A stretch of DNA of 64,000 bases from Candidatus Spongiisociaceae bacterium (lineage in GTDB: Bacteria; Actinomycetota; Acidimicrobiia; Spongiisociales; Spongiisociaceae). The notes under the pieces were generated by a model, which did not search any database, had not been told where the DNA came from, and saw nothing but the letters and a program-made list of their open reading frames with translations. The first letter of the stretch is position 1, and each line of letters starts with the position of its first letter. The translations under genes were made by a program, and so were the position numbers. Positions 8,729 to 18,261 of the stretch are shown in pieces. The stretch covers positions 4,160,001-4,224,000 of the forward strand of contig OZ253564.1 of the NCBI GenBank assembly GCA_965262915.1. The letters run 5' to 3'.

Positions 8729-9928
8729 TATGAGAAACGCCTATGGTCTCCTCACGACGCCGAACGTTATCCACCAACGAGCGGCCGCCGCAACCGCAGA
8801 TCCGGCACATACGATGCTTACATTCCAGACCTGCTCAGCGGCTGGGAACCGTCGCTACCGCTGCGCTTGGCGGGTGCGATAGCAGAAGCCGAAACGCTGG
8901 TACGCCTGACCGACGCTGTGGGGTCCGCAGACGATCCGAGCGCGGCTGAGTGGCTACTGGTGAGAGCTGAGAGCGTGGCTTCCAGCCGCATTGAAGGAGT
9001 GTTCCCGTCGCTGCGCCGCGTGGCAAGGGCCGAAGCCCGTCAAAGCGGTCTAGCACCATCCGACAAGATGGCAATCGGGAATATCACCGTCACGGCACAA
9101 GCCCTAGTGCTGGGGAAGCAGGCGCGGCCGGTGACCGTAGATGACCTATGCGGACTTCACCGATCCCTGATGAACCACTCACTCCACCCGCAGGCAGGTG
9201 GAGTAATCCGGGAACGACAGAACTGGATAGGCCCGGAGTTCTCCACTCCCCTAGAAGCCGTACACGTGCCACCGCCGCCCGAGATGGTCCGTCCGCGGCT
9301 CGAGGATCTCGTGTCCTACATGAACAACCAGCACCACCCACCCCTCGTTCAAGCTGCCCTAGCCCATTCACAGTTCATTGCGATCCACCCGTTCGCGGAC
9401 GGTAACGGCCGCACCGGACGAGCACTCATCCATCTCGTCATGCGCAGGCGGAAACTCACCCGCAACCTGACCGTACCCATAAGCTCGGTGCTGGCACGGC
9501 AACGCTCCGCCTACATCGGCACCCTCGACGCCGGACTGCACGAAGGCTCCCCTCACGACCCCGCCCGAATGACCGCACAACAACCATGGCTACAACTCCT
9601 CGCCGACGCGACCCTGGCCGCCTGCGACTACTCGGACCGCATCCAGAACAGGCTCGCCGACATTCGCGCACAATGGCAACAGGCCGTCCCACTACGCGGC
9701 GAATACCAGCGGCGCATGGTCGAACTACTACCCACCCAGCCCGTGTTCGACATCCCGACCATCTCCCAACAACTCGGAGTCAGCCAACGCACAGCCGCCC
9801 GCGTAGTGGCACACCTCCAAGAAGGCGGAATACTCCGCCAACACAACGCCGGCAAGCGAAACCGTGTCTTCGAAGCCGCAGCAATCGTCGACCTGTTCAC
9901 TTCCCTACCAGACAACATCCAAACCTGA
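8720..9928 (+). CDS. Fic family protein with C-terminal winged HTH
   Basis: ESVASSRIEG, catalytic HPFADGNGRTGR, C-terminal ISQQLGVSQRTAARVVAHLQEGGIL. Confidence 0.93.
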   Translation: MGRYEKRLWSPHDAERYPPTSGRRNRRSGTYDAYIPDLLSGWEPSLPLRLAGAIAEAETLVRLTDAVGSADDPSAAEWLLVRAESVASSRIEGVFPSLRRVARAEARQSGLAPSDKMAIGNITVTAQALVLGKQARPVTVDDLCGLHRSLMNHSLHPQAGGVIRERQNWIGPEFSTPLEAVHVPPPPEMVRPRLEDLVSYMNNQHHPPLVQAALAHSQFIAIHPFADGNGRTGRALIHLVMRRRKLTRNLTVPISSVLARQRSAYIGTLDAGLHEGSPHDPARMTAQQPWLQLLADATLAACDYSDRIQNRLADIRAQWQQAVPLRGEYQRRMVELLPTQPVFDIPTISQQLGVSQRTAARVVAHLQEGGILRQHNAGKRNRVFEAAAIVDLFTSLPDNIQT

Positions 9929-9939
9929 CCGCTTTCGAC

Positions 9940-10102
9940 GAGCAGCCCGGCACGGGCGATGTTTGTCCCAGTCTGGCGTTCAGCCATACGCTCTCCATCG
10001 TGTTGGTTCGCCAGCGTTTCTGCTGGTGGTTGGCTCATCTATCTGGGGTTCGCTGTAATACATGTAGATGGCGATGCCATAGAACGTGGACAGCCTGGGC
10101 AT
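9940..10102 (-). pseudogene. DUF4160-family toxin remnant
   Basis: Starts MPRLSTFYGIAIYMYYSE (typical DUF4160 N-terminus), then loses frame; premature TGA at 9980. Confidence 0.65.
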
Positions 10103-10103
10103 G

Positions 10104-10300
10104 TCAGTCGAGGTATCTGACCTGTGGGCATACTTCGTCTAAAGGTTTGCCGGTGACCAGCATGTAAAGCACGAGAGGACTCATGTCGTAGCGTTCGTCT
10201 TCCCAGGAGACGCCGCCGCCGTCGAGTGCATGAACCGACTCGAAGTATTCCCGGTCCGACCACAGGGCCGCCGCGAGGTTAGCTGACCACACCTGGACAG
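10104..10300 (-). pseudogene. DUF2442-family antitoxin, 5'-truncated
   Basis: SDREYFESVHALDGGGVSWEDERYDMSPLVLYMLVTGK resembles the DUF2442 C-terminal half. Confidence 0.6.
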
Positions 10301-10481
10301 GCTGATAATTACCCGCAGAGCCGGAAACAACACGACGGTTGGGCCGGTTGGGGTTGCGGGTCTTGGCGGTGGCCATAACGCGGCCCAAGTGCCGTCTGTT
10401 ACTGAAGTGCTCGCATTCTGGGGCCAGTTGCTCTCGTTTGTGGCGTTTGTTGGTCCGCCATCAATGGCCACGAGCCTGTTT

Positions 10482-11240
10482 TTATCGAACCGACGCATCG
10501 CCCCTCCTTTTGTTGGGACAGGTCTCACCGTCTCTGTTGCCCCGGCGAGAGGCATACACGAGCCGGGGCACCATAATGACGGCAACAAGAGCGAACAGAA
10601 ACAGCGATACTGCCACGACCCCCTTCCACTCTGCCGTGCGAAGGGGGATGGCCTTCACGGCGATACTACCTGCCACTATCAGAGCTGCAACCCGCGCAGC
10701 GCCGACCACTAACGCGTCACTGGGTGCAGGGATATGCTGACCTTCACGCCACGCAGTGGTGAGAAGCATCCCCGCCAAAGCCACTAAGTACACGAGGGAC
10801 CGCTCGGCGGCGACGCCTAGATCCCGGGCGACAGACATAGCGCGCGACGGTACCGCAACCAGCCAGTGTACTGCTAAGCCAGCTAGGAGGAGAAGACAAG
10901 CATTCACCGCCCAGTGCGCTAGCCGTCTGCCAGATGCTGCATCATCTCGGTCTGGTGCACGATCACCCAGCCGCTCGCCACTCGGGGGCTGAATGATTGC
11001 CTTAGCCAGTACGCCAGCGCCGAGGCCACCAAAGAAGGCAAGTCCGAACCGTAGGAGTTCCGTCTGGTCGGGCAATCCGTCCCCAACGAGGCGGAGCAAT
11101 ACCATCAACGCAGCCACTACCCCAAGCTCCACCCCCGACCGCCAGCGAGGTGGTTTAGTCGTCCACCATCTCCAAACCGTTCCGACGACTCTTCTCACGG
11201 CTAGAACGAACATGCCTAGACCGGGCAACCTTAATCTCAT
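10482..11240 (-). CDS. Hypothetical multi-pass membrane protein
   Basis: 252-aa ORF with about 6 hydrophobic segments. Confidence 0.6.
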   Translation of the reverse strand: MRLRLPGLGMFVLAVRRVVGTVWRWWTTKPPRWRSGVELGVVAALMVLLRLVGDGLPDQTELLRFGLAFFGGLGAGVLAKAIIQPPSGERLGDRAPDRDDAASGRRLAHWAVNACLLLLAGLAVHWLVAVPSRAMSVARDLGVAAERSLVYLVALAGMLLTTAWREGQHIPAPSDALVVGAARVAALIVAGSIAVKAIPLRTAEWKGVVAVSLFLFALVAVIMVPRLVYASRRGNRDGETCPNKRRGDASVR

Positions 11241-11711
11241 GGGTGAGATGTTAACCCGACCGTGCTACGGCGGCTCTTGTACCAATCTACGTGGCGAAGT
11301 GGTTGTCGAGATGCTTGACCCTGATTGCCACGGTACCATCGTAGCAGTATTCGCTGTCGACTACGGCTTCGATAGGTAGGCTGACCGCGTTGTTGCGGGC
11401 GGTCGCTGTGGTGAGGACCCGTCCGGCGTATTGGGGGCATATGAACCTCAGGACACCGTCGGGTTCACGTCCTGCTACGGACCAGCGCCATTGGGCCGCC
11501 CGCTACGTGTATCAGTCTCACAACTCGTTGCTTGCCAGTTTATGTGGTGGTGTGTGGAAATCGGTGGTGTCCGGACGGCGGAGAGGAACGTTCCGCAGTG
11601 TTCTATCTATCAGGGTTGTGGTGGACGGCGACCATTACAGCGTGGATGGCGGTGGTCACCTAGTTCAAGGGGACGACCCTAACCCCCCGGATACCGCCAG
11701 AATGGACTCCA

Positions 11712-11960
11712 CTATGCGAGCAACGGCAGAGGCGAAACATGGTGGTGATGATGGCGCGGTCCCGAGCCGAGGGGCACCGCTCGACAGCCCGTAGCAGCAT
11801 TCGATGTGACCACCACGTCATAGCGATGCTCGTCCGCTGCATCGAGCAAGGCACTATTCGCTAGTTCCTCCCAATCCAACTCCGCAGCTGTATCGACACT
11901 GTGAGGATCGAGATATCGTCGAAGCGGAGCAGGGGTGCAATTATCGAACAGTATTCTCAT
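11712..11960 (-). pseudogene. DUF5615/PIN-like (VapC45-type) toxin, 3'-truncated
   Basis: MRILFDNCTPAPLRRYL...WEELANSALLDAA...YDVVVT then unrelated sequence. Confidence 0.75.
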
Positions 11961-11987
11961 CGCATTGCCTGTTGCGCTCAAACACCC

Positions 11988-12434
11988 CTACGCGGCGGTT
12001 GCCCTGGCAGCAACTGTTTTTCGCAGATGGTCTAGAAGGACTCTTACCTGACGTATGTCCACAGCGGGGAACCACTCACAAAACTGTTCGATGGTCGCGC
12101 CACTCTCCAAATTGGCGAACAGAGCATCAACTGGGACACGCGTACCCCGGAACTCCCAAGCACCGCTGAGCCTATCGGGATGCCGCGCGACTACTTCGCA
12201 GTCCTCCCAAACGGTAGCCAACCGACCCCAAGCCTTGTTGGCTCCACGGTTCAGCAGGTCCGATAGTTCTCCTTCGGAGATACCGACCGCGCTCGCCAGA
12301 TCAGACTCCGAGTATGAGTTGATCCACCAGATGTGTAGCAAGATATCCAGCAGGCGTGACTCGACATCCAGGGCATCTGGCTCATCTCGCCACACCTCCG
12401 CCGCGCTGGCTAAGTCCGTGAGTGTGTATCCCAT
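11988..12434 (-). CDS. HTH + DUF433 antitoxin (VapB45-type)
   Basis: SESDLASAVGISEGELSDLL HTH; HPDRLSGAWEFRGTRVPVDALFANLESGATIEQFCEWFP DUF433. Confidence 0.85.
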   Translation of the reverse strand: MGYTLTDLASAAEVWRDEPDALDVESRLLDILLHIWWINSYSESDLASAVGISEGELSDLLNRGANKAWGRLATVWEDCEVVARHPDRLSGAWEFRGTRVPVDALFANLESGATIEQFCEWFPAVDIRQVRVLLDHLRKTVAARATAA

Positions 12435-12586
12435 CTCTCTATCCGCTGTGCAGGGAACTCCCATCGTACCATGAGGCCACCAAACTGCATGCCCCCCTAT
12501 GTGTTGCCAAGCCGCCCGGGGGTCCGGCTCTGGGCCTTTGGCGTTGGCAGGATGTGTAGACGGCTTGGGTTACCGAAGCCGCGAGT

Positions 12587-12604
12587 GAGGTGACGTCGTC
12601 CGGC
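12587..12604 (+). repeat. Isolated GAGGTGACGTCGTCC box of the dispersed island repeat
   Basis: Exact match to the box in copies A, C and D. Confidence 0.6.
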
Positions 12605-12611
12605 TGAGTCT

Positions 12612-12965
12612 GTGATCATCGTCCAGTTCTGCCGTGACTGGCGGACCTGGCCCGAAGATCGGGAATGGATGCTCGAAGGCGAACCCCGACCCGGCCGGCG
12701 ACCCGTACGACCTGGCGAAGGTCGCGGCTGTAGTCCGCGGGTTGTGCGAACGTTGGGACCATCCGACCCCCGCCTGGATCGAAGGCGTCCGCGCTCCGAC
12801 CGAGATTCTTCTATTCCTAGACAAAGTCCCGCTTAACCCAGAGTACGAGCGGAGCATACGTGAGGTTGCTCCGCCAGCTTGCGCGAAGCATGGCGTCTAA
12901 TTACGAGGCGGACATGTTGGAGTACAAGAAGGACGTGTTCCGACGGCTCCGCCCGAAGATACGTT
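12612..12965 (+). pseudogene. Frameshifted paralog of the 19033..19536 gene (DUF6036 partner)
   Basis: WRTWPEDREWML..P / DPYDLAKVAAVVRGLCERWD..W...APPACAKHGV aligns with WDSFPQDREIMI..P.DPEDLCRIAAVVHALCDRD..W...APPACEYHNV. Confidence 0.75.
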
Positions 12966-12967
12966 TC

Positions 12968-13148
12968 GGTGTATCCCCGTCTCTGCCATGGAACCTCTGA
13001 GGAGCAGAACCGTTGGGAACTGCTTGACGGGGGCAGGGGAATATCGTGGCCCGACCTTGACGAGGACATCGCAGTGAGAGACCTGCTCGACGGTATACCG
13101 TCGGGAGAGTCGGCAAGGTCGCTGGCTGCAGGCCCGCAAGCAGGGTAG
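12968..13148 (+). pseudogene. DUF2442-family C-terminal fragment
   Basis: YPRLCHGTSEEQNRWELLDGGRGISWPDLDEDIAVRDLLDGIPSGESARSL. Confidence 0.8.
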
Positions 13149-13262
13149 GCCCCTGACCCTGTACGACTTGGCCGCATACGAAGAGTCAGACGACTTCCGC
13201 AACAAAGCCGCTCTTCCGTAAGCCGCGTACGCGCAGGCTGCCTCGTCGTATTGGCGTGCTGC

Positions 13263-13324
13263 GCCCGTTGGTCGTCGCGGAACCGCTACTGTCGTTCCTG
13301 GTCAGGGGCGGTCTCGAAGACCCC
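13263..13324 (+). repeat. Degenerate copy E of the dispersed island repeat
   Basis: GTCGTC at 13271 and CCTGGTCAGGGGCGGTCTCGAAGACCCC keep the same register as the full copies. Confidence 0.7.
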
Positions 13325-13344
13325 ATGGGGGGTAGGCGCGGGGG

Positions 13345-13776
13345 TCAGGGACGGGCATACAGTTCGACTTTGGTGGCGTCCACCGACGCTTGGAAATACT
13401 TGTTGTCGATGAACTTGTAGGAGCCTATGTCGATCTGTTCGCGGCCTTCGGTTTCGGTGAGCCACCCGTCGAAAACGTCTCGGAGGGCGGCCCGGAGCGC
13501 ACGGTAGTTGACCGGATACGCCGACCCGGGACGGGTTGGGGGTCCGAACGGGCAGTGTTCGGAAGGTCCGTCGTAGGCCATGCCCGCTCCCGGCGCGAAC
13601 ACGACCATGAAATCCAAGTCTGATAGTCGGGGCTGATAGTCGGGGCTGACAGCCGACCCGTACAGCCACAGCCGGTCCACGTGGAACTGTTCGCACGCTG
13701 CCCGTATCTGCGGCAGCCGGTCGCGGACGAAACGGCGAAGACGCGGCGTGAACGGAACATCGACAGCGACAGCCAT
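13345..13776 (-). CDS. Minimal nucleotidyltransferase (MNT/MntA-like), no adjacent HEPN gene
   Basis: CEQFHVDRLWLYGSAVSPDY..SDLDFMV and IDNKYFQASVDATKVELY. Confidence 0.85.
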   Translation of the reverse strand: MAVAVDVPFTPRLRRFVRDRLPQIRAACEQFHVDRLWLYGSAVSPDYQPRLSDLDFMVVFAPGAGMAYDGPSEHCPFGPPTRPGSAYPVNYRALRAALRDVFDGWLTETEGREQIDIGSYKFIDNKYFQASVDATKVELYARP

Positions 13777-13912
13777 AACCCCGCCCATTCTACCGGACCG
13801 AACCGGACCGTCCCCGTGTTCGACACCACACCGGATACCGAGCTTCGAGAGGGGGGCTCTGCCCAGCAGTTGCTGTTGAGCCTGTGGCGGACGATAGCTA
13901 CTGCGGTCTGAT

Positions 13913-13996
13913 GAGGTGCCAGATTCCGGCTGAGGAGGTGACAGACTCGTGGGACCCCTACCATTACCCCTGGTCAGGGGTGGTCGCGAAGACCCC
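13913..13996 (+). repeat. Dispersed island repeat, copy B
   Basis: GAGGTG boxes at 13913 and 13935; GGTCGCGAAGACCCC at 13982 (47 bp after the last box); CACGAC tail. Confidence 0.8.
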
Positions 13997-14164
13997 ACGA
14001 CACGGCGGCCGTGACGAAATGCGCACCGCCCGTTTCGCCCGAGCAGCGCAGCAGCGTCTGGCCGGACAGTCCTTCGACCCCGACACGCTGTTCCAGCACG
14101 ACCCTGTCACGCTGCTCGATGCCTGAAATACACCGCGACGGAGCACTGGTGTTCCAACTCGTGG

Positions 14165-15385
14165 TGCACCGCCTGGGGTGGTGATCCGTTCCCGCAAGCC
14201 CCGCCCGTTGTGTGAGTCCTGTGGCGGCCCGGTGTGGTCCAAGGGTCACAGAACGGTTGTGTTGGTGGATTTACCGGCGTTCGGCGTCCGGTTCGGCTGC
14301 GGTGGCGGAAACGCCGTTGGACATGTCCGAACCCCGACTGTGAGATCAGGTCGTTCATCGAACAAGACCCCACGATTGGTCCCCAACGGGCGTTGTTGAC
14401 CTCCCGAGCGGCCCGGTGGGTGACCATCCAGGTGGGTGGGCGGGGCCGTTCGGTCGACGAGGTCGCCGCGGAGCTTGGTTGTGGGTGGCATACGGTGAAC
14501 AACGAGGTCGGCCGCTGGGGCGAAGCCCTGTTGGAAGCCGACACCGACCGGATAGGCGAGGTCCAAGCTGTGGGCATCGACAAGAAGCGTTGTTCTGGCG
14601 GAAAGGCCGGTGGCGCACCAAAGTCTGGTGCACCTCTGTCGTCGACGTGGGAGGCCACCAGCCGGTTCGACATAGTCGGTGGTAGAACGGCAGAAAGCGC
14701 CGCAGCCTGGTTCCGGGCGCAGCCCACCGAATGGTGTGAGGCTATCCGCTGGGCGGTGTCGGGTCATGTCCGGTTCGTATCGGAAGGCGTATGACAGGGT
14801 GCTGCCCCACGCCCCCGGGGTAGCGGACCCGTTCGGTGTCAGCCGCCTCGCCAACCAGCGTCTCGACGACCTACGACGAAGAGTCCAAAACGAAACCCTG
14901 GGACACAGAGGCCGCAAGGATGACCCGCTGTATCGGATACGCCGCCTCCTCACCGCCGCGCATGAGAGGATCAGCGACCGCGGTCAAACACGGCTGCGTG
15001 GCCTCCTCGATGCCGGTGACCCCCACGGGGAGGTACGCACAGCCTGGCACGCGACCGAAACGGTACGGGGCATCTACGGGATCGAAAGTCCCGCCCTTGC
15101 TCTCCGGTACACCGTCGGGCTCGCGGACGACCTCCAGGACGAATCCTGCCCACCCGAGATCAACAAGCTGGGTCGCACCATCGCCCGCTGGACCCCCCAG
15201 ATCACCAACTGGCACATCTCGAAGGTAACCAACAGACGCCACCGAAGCCCTCAACAACCTGATCAAACGGATCAAACGAGCAGCGTTCGGGTTACCCAAC
15301 TTCGCGAACTACCGAATCCGCGCCCTTCTCTACGCCGGGAAACCCAACTGGGACCTCCTCGCATCGGTCACTCCCCACTGAAATC
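14165..15385 (+). pseudogene. ISL3-family element (a): 5'-truncated, multiply frameshifted transposase; right IR split by IS110
   Basis: High similarity to 16842..18140 across several frames; IR half CCCCACTGAAATC ends at 15385, remainder GAAGAGCC at 18304-18311. Confidence 0.9.
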
Positions 15386-15401
15386 CACTCATAATTAGAA
15401 G

Positions 15402-15590
15402 GTTCCTGGGCTAGGGCGGGTCTGACCCAACTGAAATCTGGCCTTGTGCCTTTTCATCGATCTGTCGGCCCGTTCCCGGCCTGGGGCGTAACCCCCTGAC
15501 CCGGGGCGGATGTGACCTAATAGGAGCCTTCAACTTCTCCACCGTGAGTGGCCTGTCCAACCGCACACGGGTCCGGGGATCGGAAATGAT
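15402..15590 (+). ncRNA. Putative IS110 bridge RNA
   Basis: Non-coding left end with ACTGAAATC (15430, left target), TCATCGA (15454, revcomp right target), ATAGGAGC (15520, left donor), TGAGTGG (15545, revcomp right donor) in canonical order; ends approximate. Confidence 0.8.
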
Positions 15591-15616
15591 TCTATCCCCT
15601 AGAGGAGAAGAGCATC

Positions 15617-16855
15617 ATGGGAGAAGCAGACCAGATTATCTACGGTGGGGTTGACACCCATCGGGACGTCCACGTAGCAGCGGTGGTGGATGGCGTCGGG
15701 CGGGTACTGGGATCGGAGTCTTTCGCGGTGGAGGAATCCGGTTATCGGCGAATGGTCACCTGGTTCGAGTCGCGGGGACAGTTGGTTCGGGTTGGGGTGG
15801 AAGGAACGGGTAGTTACGGCGCCGGCCTGGCCCGTTACCTGACCGAGATGAACATCGAGGTGGTGGAGGTCAACCGCCCCAACCGCCAACTACGCCGCCA
15901 GAAGGGCGGCAAGACCGACAGCGTCGACGCCGAGGCGGCAGCTCGGGCAGCTGCCTCGGGCGAAGCAACCGCGGTTCCCAAGTCCGGTGTGGGCCCGGTC
16001 GAGTGCATACGGATGCTGTGGGTGGTGCGCCGCTCCGCGGTCAAGGCCCGCACCCAGGCCGCTAACCAGATACATGCGCTGGTCGTAACAGCTCCCGAGC
16101 CGCTAAAACACCAGCTAAAGGGCATGAATCTCAAAGCACGGGTCAAAACCTGTGCCCGGTTCCGACCCGGCACAGACCACACCACCACCGCGTATGCGAA
16201 GCGTGCCCTACAGCATTTGGCCCGCCGGTATCAGGCCCTCGACGTAGAGATCGCCCAACTCGAAGCCGAGATCCGGCGTCTCTGCGCCCAGGCCAACCCG
16301 GCCCTGCTGGCCACAGAAGGTGTCGGTCCTGACACAGCCGCCGCGTTGTTGGTCGCCGCCGGCGACAACCCCAAGCGAATGAAATCGGAACGGTCTTTCG
16401 CGGCGCTGTGCGGCGCCAGCCCCGTCCAGGCGTCATCAGGACGAACCCTTCGGCATCGTCTCAACCGGGGCGGCAACCGCCAAGCCAACAACGCGCTATG
16501 GCGGATCGCTACCACCCGGATGCGCACCGACGCCGCCACCAAAGCCTACGTGGCACGACGCAAGGCCGAGGGCAAGAAGAAAAAGGAGATCATCCGCTGC
16601 CTCAAGCGGCACATCGCCCGAGAAATCTACCGGCTCCTCACCAACCCGCACCCAACCCCGAACTGCGCCCGCCTACGCACCCGACGCCAACAACGCGGCA
16701 TCACCCTCACCCAGACCGCCCAAGCCGTCGGAACCCACCCCAATCGCATCTCAGCACTCGAACACGGCCGAGACCACAACCACCACCTCGCCACCCGATA
16801 CCAGAACTGGCTGCACACCCACCAAACCGGCTCATCGGATTTCAGTGGGGAGTGA
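15617..16855 (+). CDS. IS110 transposase (DEDD RuvC-like + Tnp) with C-terminal XRE HTH; last codons replaced by ISL3 insertion
   Basis: GGVDTH, GVEGTGSYG, GKTDSVDA, ASSGR.RHRLNRGGNRQAN; RBS GAGGAG; native end HQTAPSSI* at 18270-18287. Confidence 0.95.
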   Translation: MGEADQIIYGGVDTHRDVHVAAVVDGVGRVLGSESFAVEESGYRRMVTWFESRGQLVRVGVEGTGSYGAGLARYLTEMNIEVVEVNRPNRQLRRQKGGKTDSVDAEAAARAAASGEATAVPKSGVGPVECIRMLWVVRRSAVKARTQAANQIHALVVTAPEPLKHQLKGMNLKARVKTCARFRPGTDHTTTAYAKRALQHLARRYQALDVEIAQLEAEIRRLCAQANPALLATEGVGPDTAAALLVAAGDNPKRMKSERSFAALCGASPVQASSGRTLRHRLNRGGNRQANNALWRIATTRMRTDAATKAYVARRKAEGKKKKEIIRCLKRHIAREIYRLLTNPHPTPNCARLRTRRQQRGITLTQTAQAVGTHPNRISALEHGRDHNHHLATRYQNWLHTHQTGSSDFSGE

Positions 16856-18261
16856 CCGATGGGAGTAGGTCCCAGTTGGGTTTCCCCGCGTAGAGAAGGG
16901 CGCGGATTCGGTAGTTCGCGAAGTTGCGGAACCCGAACGCTGCTCGTTTGATCCGTTTGATGAGGTTGTTGAGGGCTTCGGTGGGTCCGTTGGTTACCTT
17001 CGAGATGTGCCAGTTGGTGATCTGGGGGGTCCAGCGGGCGATGGTACGACCCAGCTTGTTGATCTCGGGTGGGCAGGATTCGTGTTGGAGGTCGTCTGCG
17101 AGCTGGAGGGTGTATCGGAGAGCAAGGACCGGACTCTCGATCCCGTAGATGCCTCGTACCGTCTCTTTCGCGTGCCAGGCTGTGCGCACTTCCCCGTAGG
17201 GGTCACCAGCATCGAGGAGACCACGCAGCCGTATTTGACCCCGGTCGCTGATCCTCTCATGCGCAGCGGTTAGGAGCCGCCGTATCCGATACAGCGGGTC
17301 ATCCTTGCGGCCTCGATGCCCGAGGGTTTCGTTTTGGACTCTTCGTCGTACCTCGTCGAGACGCTGGTTGGCGAGGCGGATGACGTGGAACGGGTCCGCT
17401 ACCTGCAGCGCGTGCGGCAGCACCCTGTCATACGCCTTCCGATACGAACCGGACATGTCCAACACCGCCCAGCGGATAGCCTCACACCATTCGGTGGGTT
17501 GTGACCGGAACCAGGCTGCGGCGCTTTCTGCTGTTCTACCAGGGACTATGTCGATCAGCTGGTGGCCGCCAACGTCGACGACAGAGGTGCACCAGACTTT
17601 GGTACGCCAACGGCCCCGACGCCAGAACAACGTCTCGTCCACTCCCACAGCTTCGACGGTCCCGACCCGATCGGTGTCTGCTTCCAGCAGCGCTTCGCCC
17701 CAGCGGCCAACCTCTTTGTTCACCGTATGCCAATCACAACCAAGTTCTGCGGCGACCTCGTCGACCGAACGGCCCCGCCCACCCACCTGGATGGTCACCC
17801 ACCGGGCCGCTCGGGATGTCAACAACGCCCGTTGGGGACCAATCTTGGGGTCTTGTTCGATGAACGATCTGAGCGCACAGTCGGGGTTCGGACATGTCCA
17901 GCGCCGTTTCCGCCACCGCAGCCGCACAGGCCGGCCGAACGCCGGTAAATCCACCAACACAACCGTCCGATAGCCCTTCGACCACACCGACCCGCCACAG
18001 GACTCACACAACGGCCGGGGCTTGCGGGACCGGATCACCACCTCCAACGGTGCCTCCTCGCCCGGGTCGTTGATCCCTACCAGATCAACCTCACCTAGGC
18101 CTACCAACTTCTCGCACATGCGCGTAGGATCAGCTTCCACAGGGGTCCTCCTGCCTCGGATGTCATTACCAACACCCGATTATGGAGGACCCCTCCTCAC
18201 TTCTGGTGGATTCCAACTCCCCCTGGCAGATCCCCTACTCCCCACTCATTTCCGAAGAGCC
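16829..18261 (-). mobile_element. ISL3-family element (b), intact
   Basis: IRs GGCTCATCGGATTTCAGTGGGG / CCCCACTCATTTCCGAAGAGCC; 8-bp target duplication ACCAAACC at 16821-16828 and 18262-18269. Confidence 0.95.
16842..18140 (-). CDS. ISL3-family transposase
   Basis: Zn finger CESCG...WTCPNPDC, VGVDET, VLDMS, ADPFHV, TNGPTEALNNLIKRIKRAAFGFRNFANYRIRALL. Confidence 0.96.
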   Translation of the reverse strand: MEADPTRMCEKLVGLGEVDLVGINDPGEEAPLEVVIRSRKPRPLCESCGGSVWSKGYRTVVLVDLPAFGRPVRLRWRKRRWTCPNPDCALRSFIEQDPKIGPQRALLTSRAARWVTIQVGGRGRSVDEVAAELGCDWHTVNKEVGRWGEALLEADTDRVGTVEAVGVDETLFWRRGRWRTKVWCTSVVDVGGHQLIDIVPGRTAESAAAWFRSQPTEWCEAIRWAVLDMSGSYRKAYDRVLPHALQVADPFHVIRLANQRLDEVRRRVQNETLGHRGRKDDPLYRIRRLLTAAHERISDRGQIRLRGLLDAGDPYGEVRTAWHAKETVRGIYGIESPVLALRYTLQLADDLQHESCPPEINKLGRTIARWTPQITNWHISKVTNGPTEALNNLIKRIKRAAFGFRNFANYRIRALLYAGKPNWDLLPSVTPH

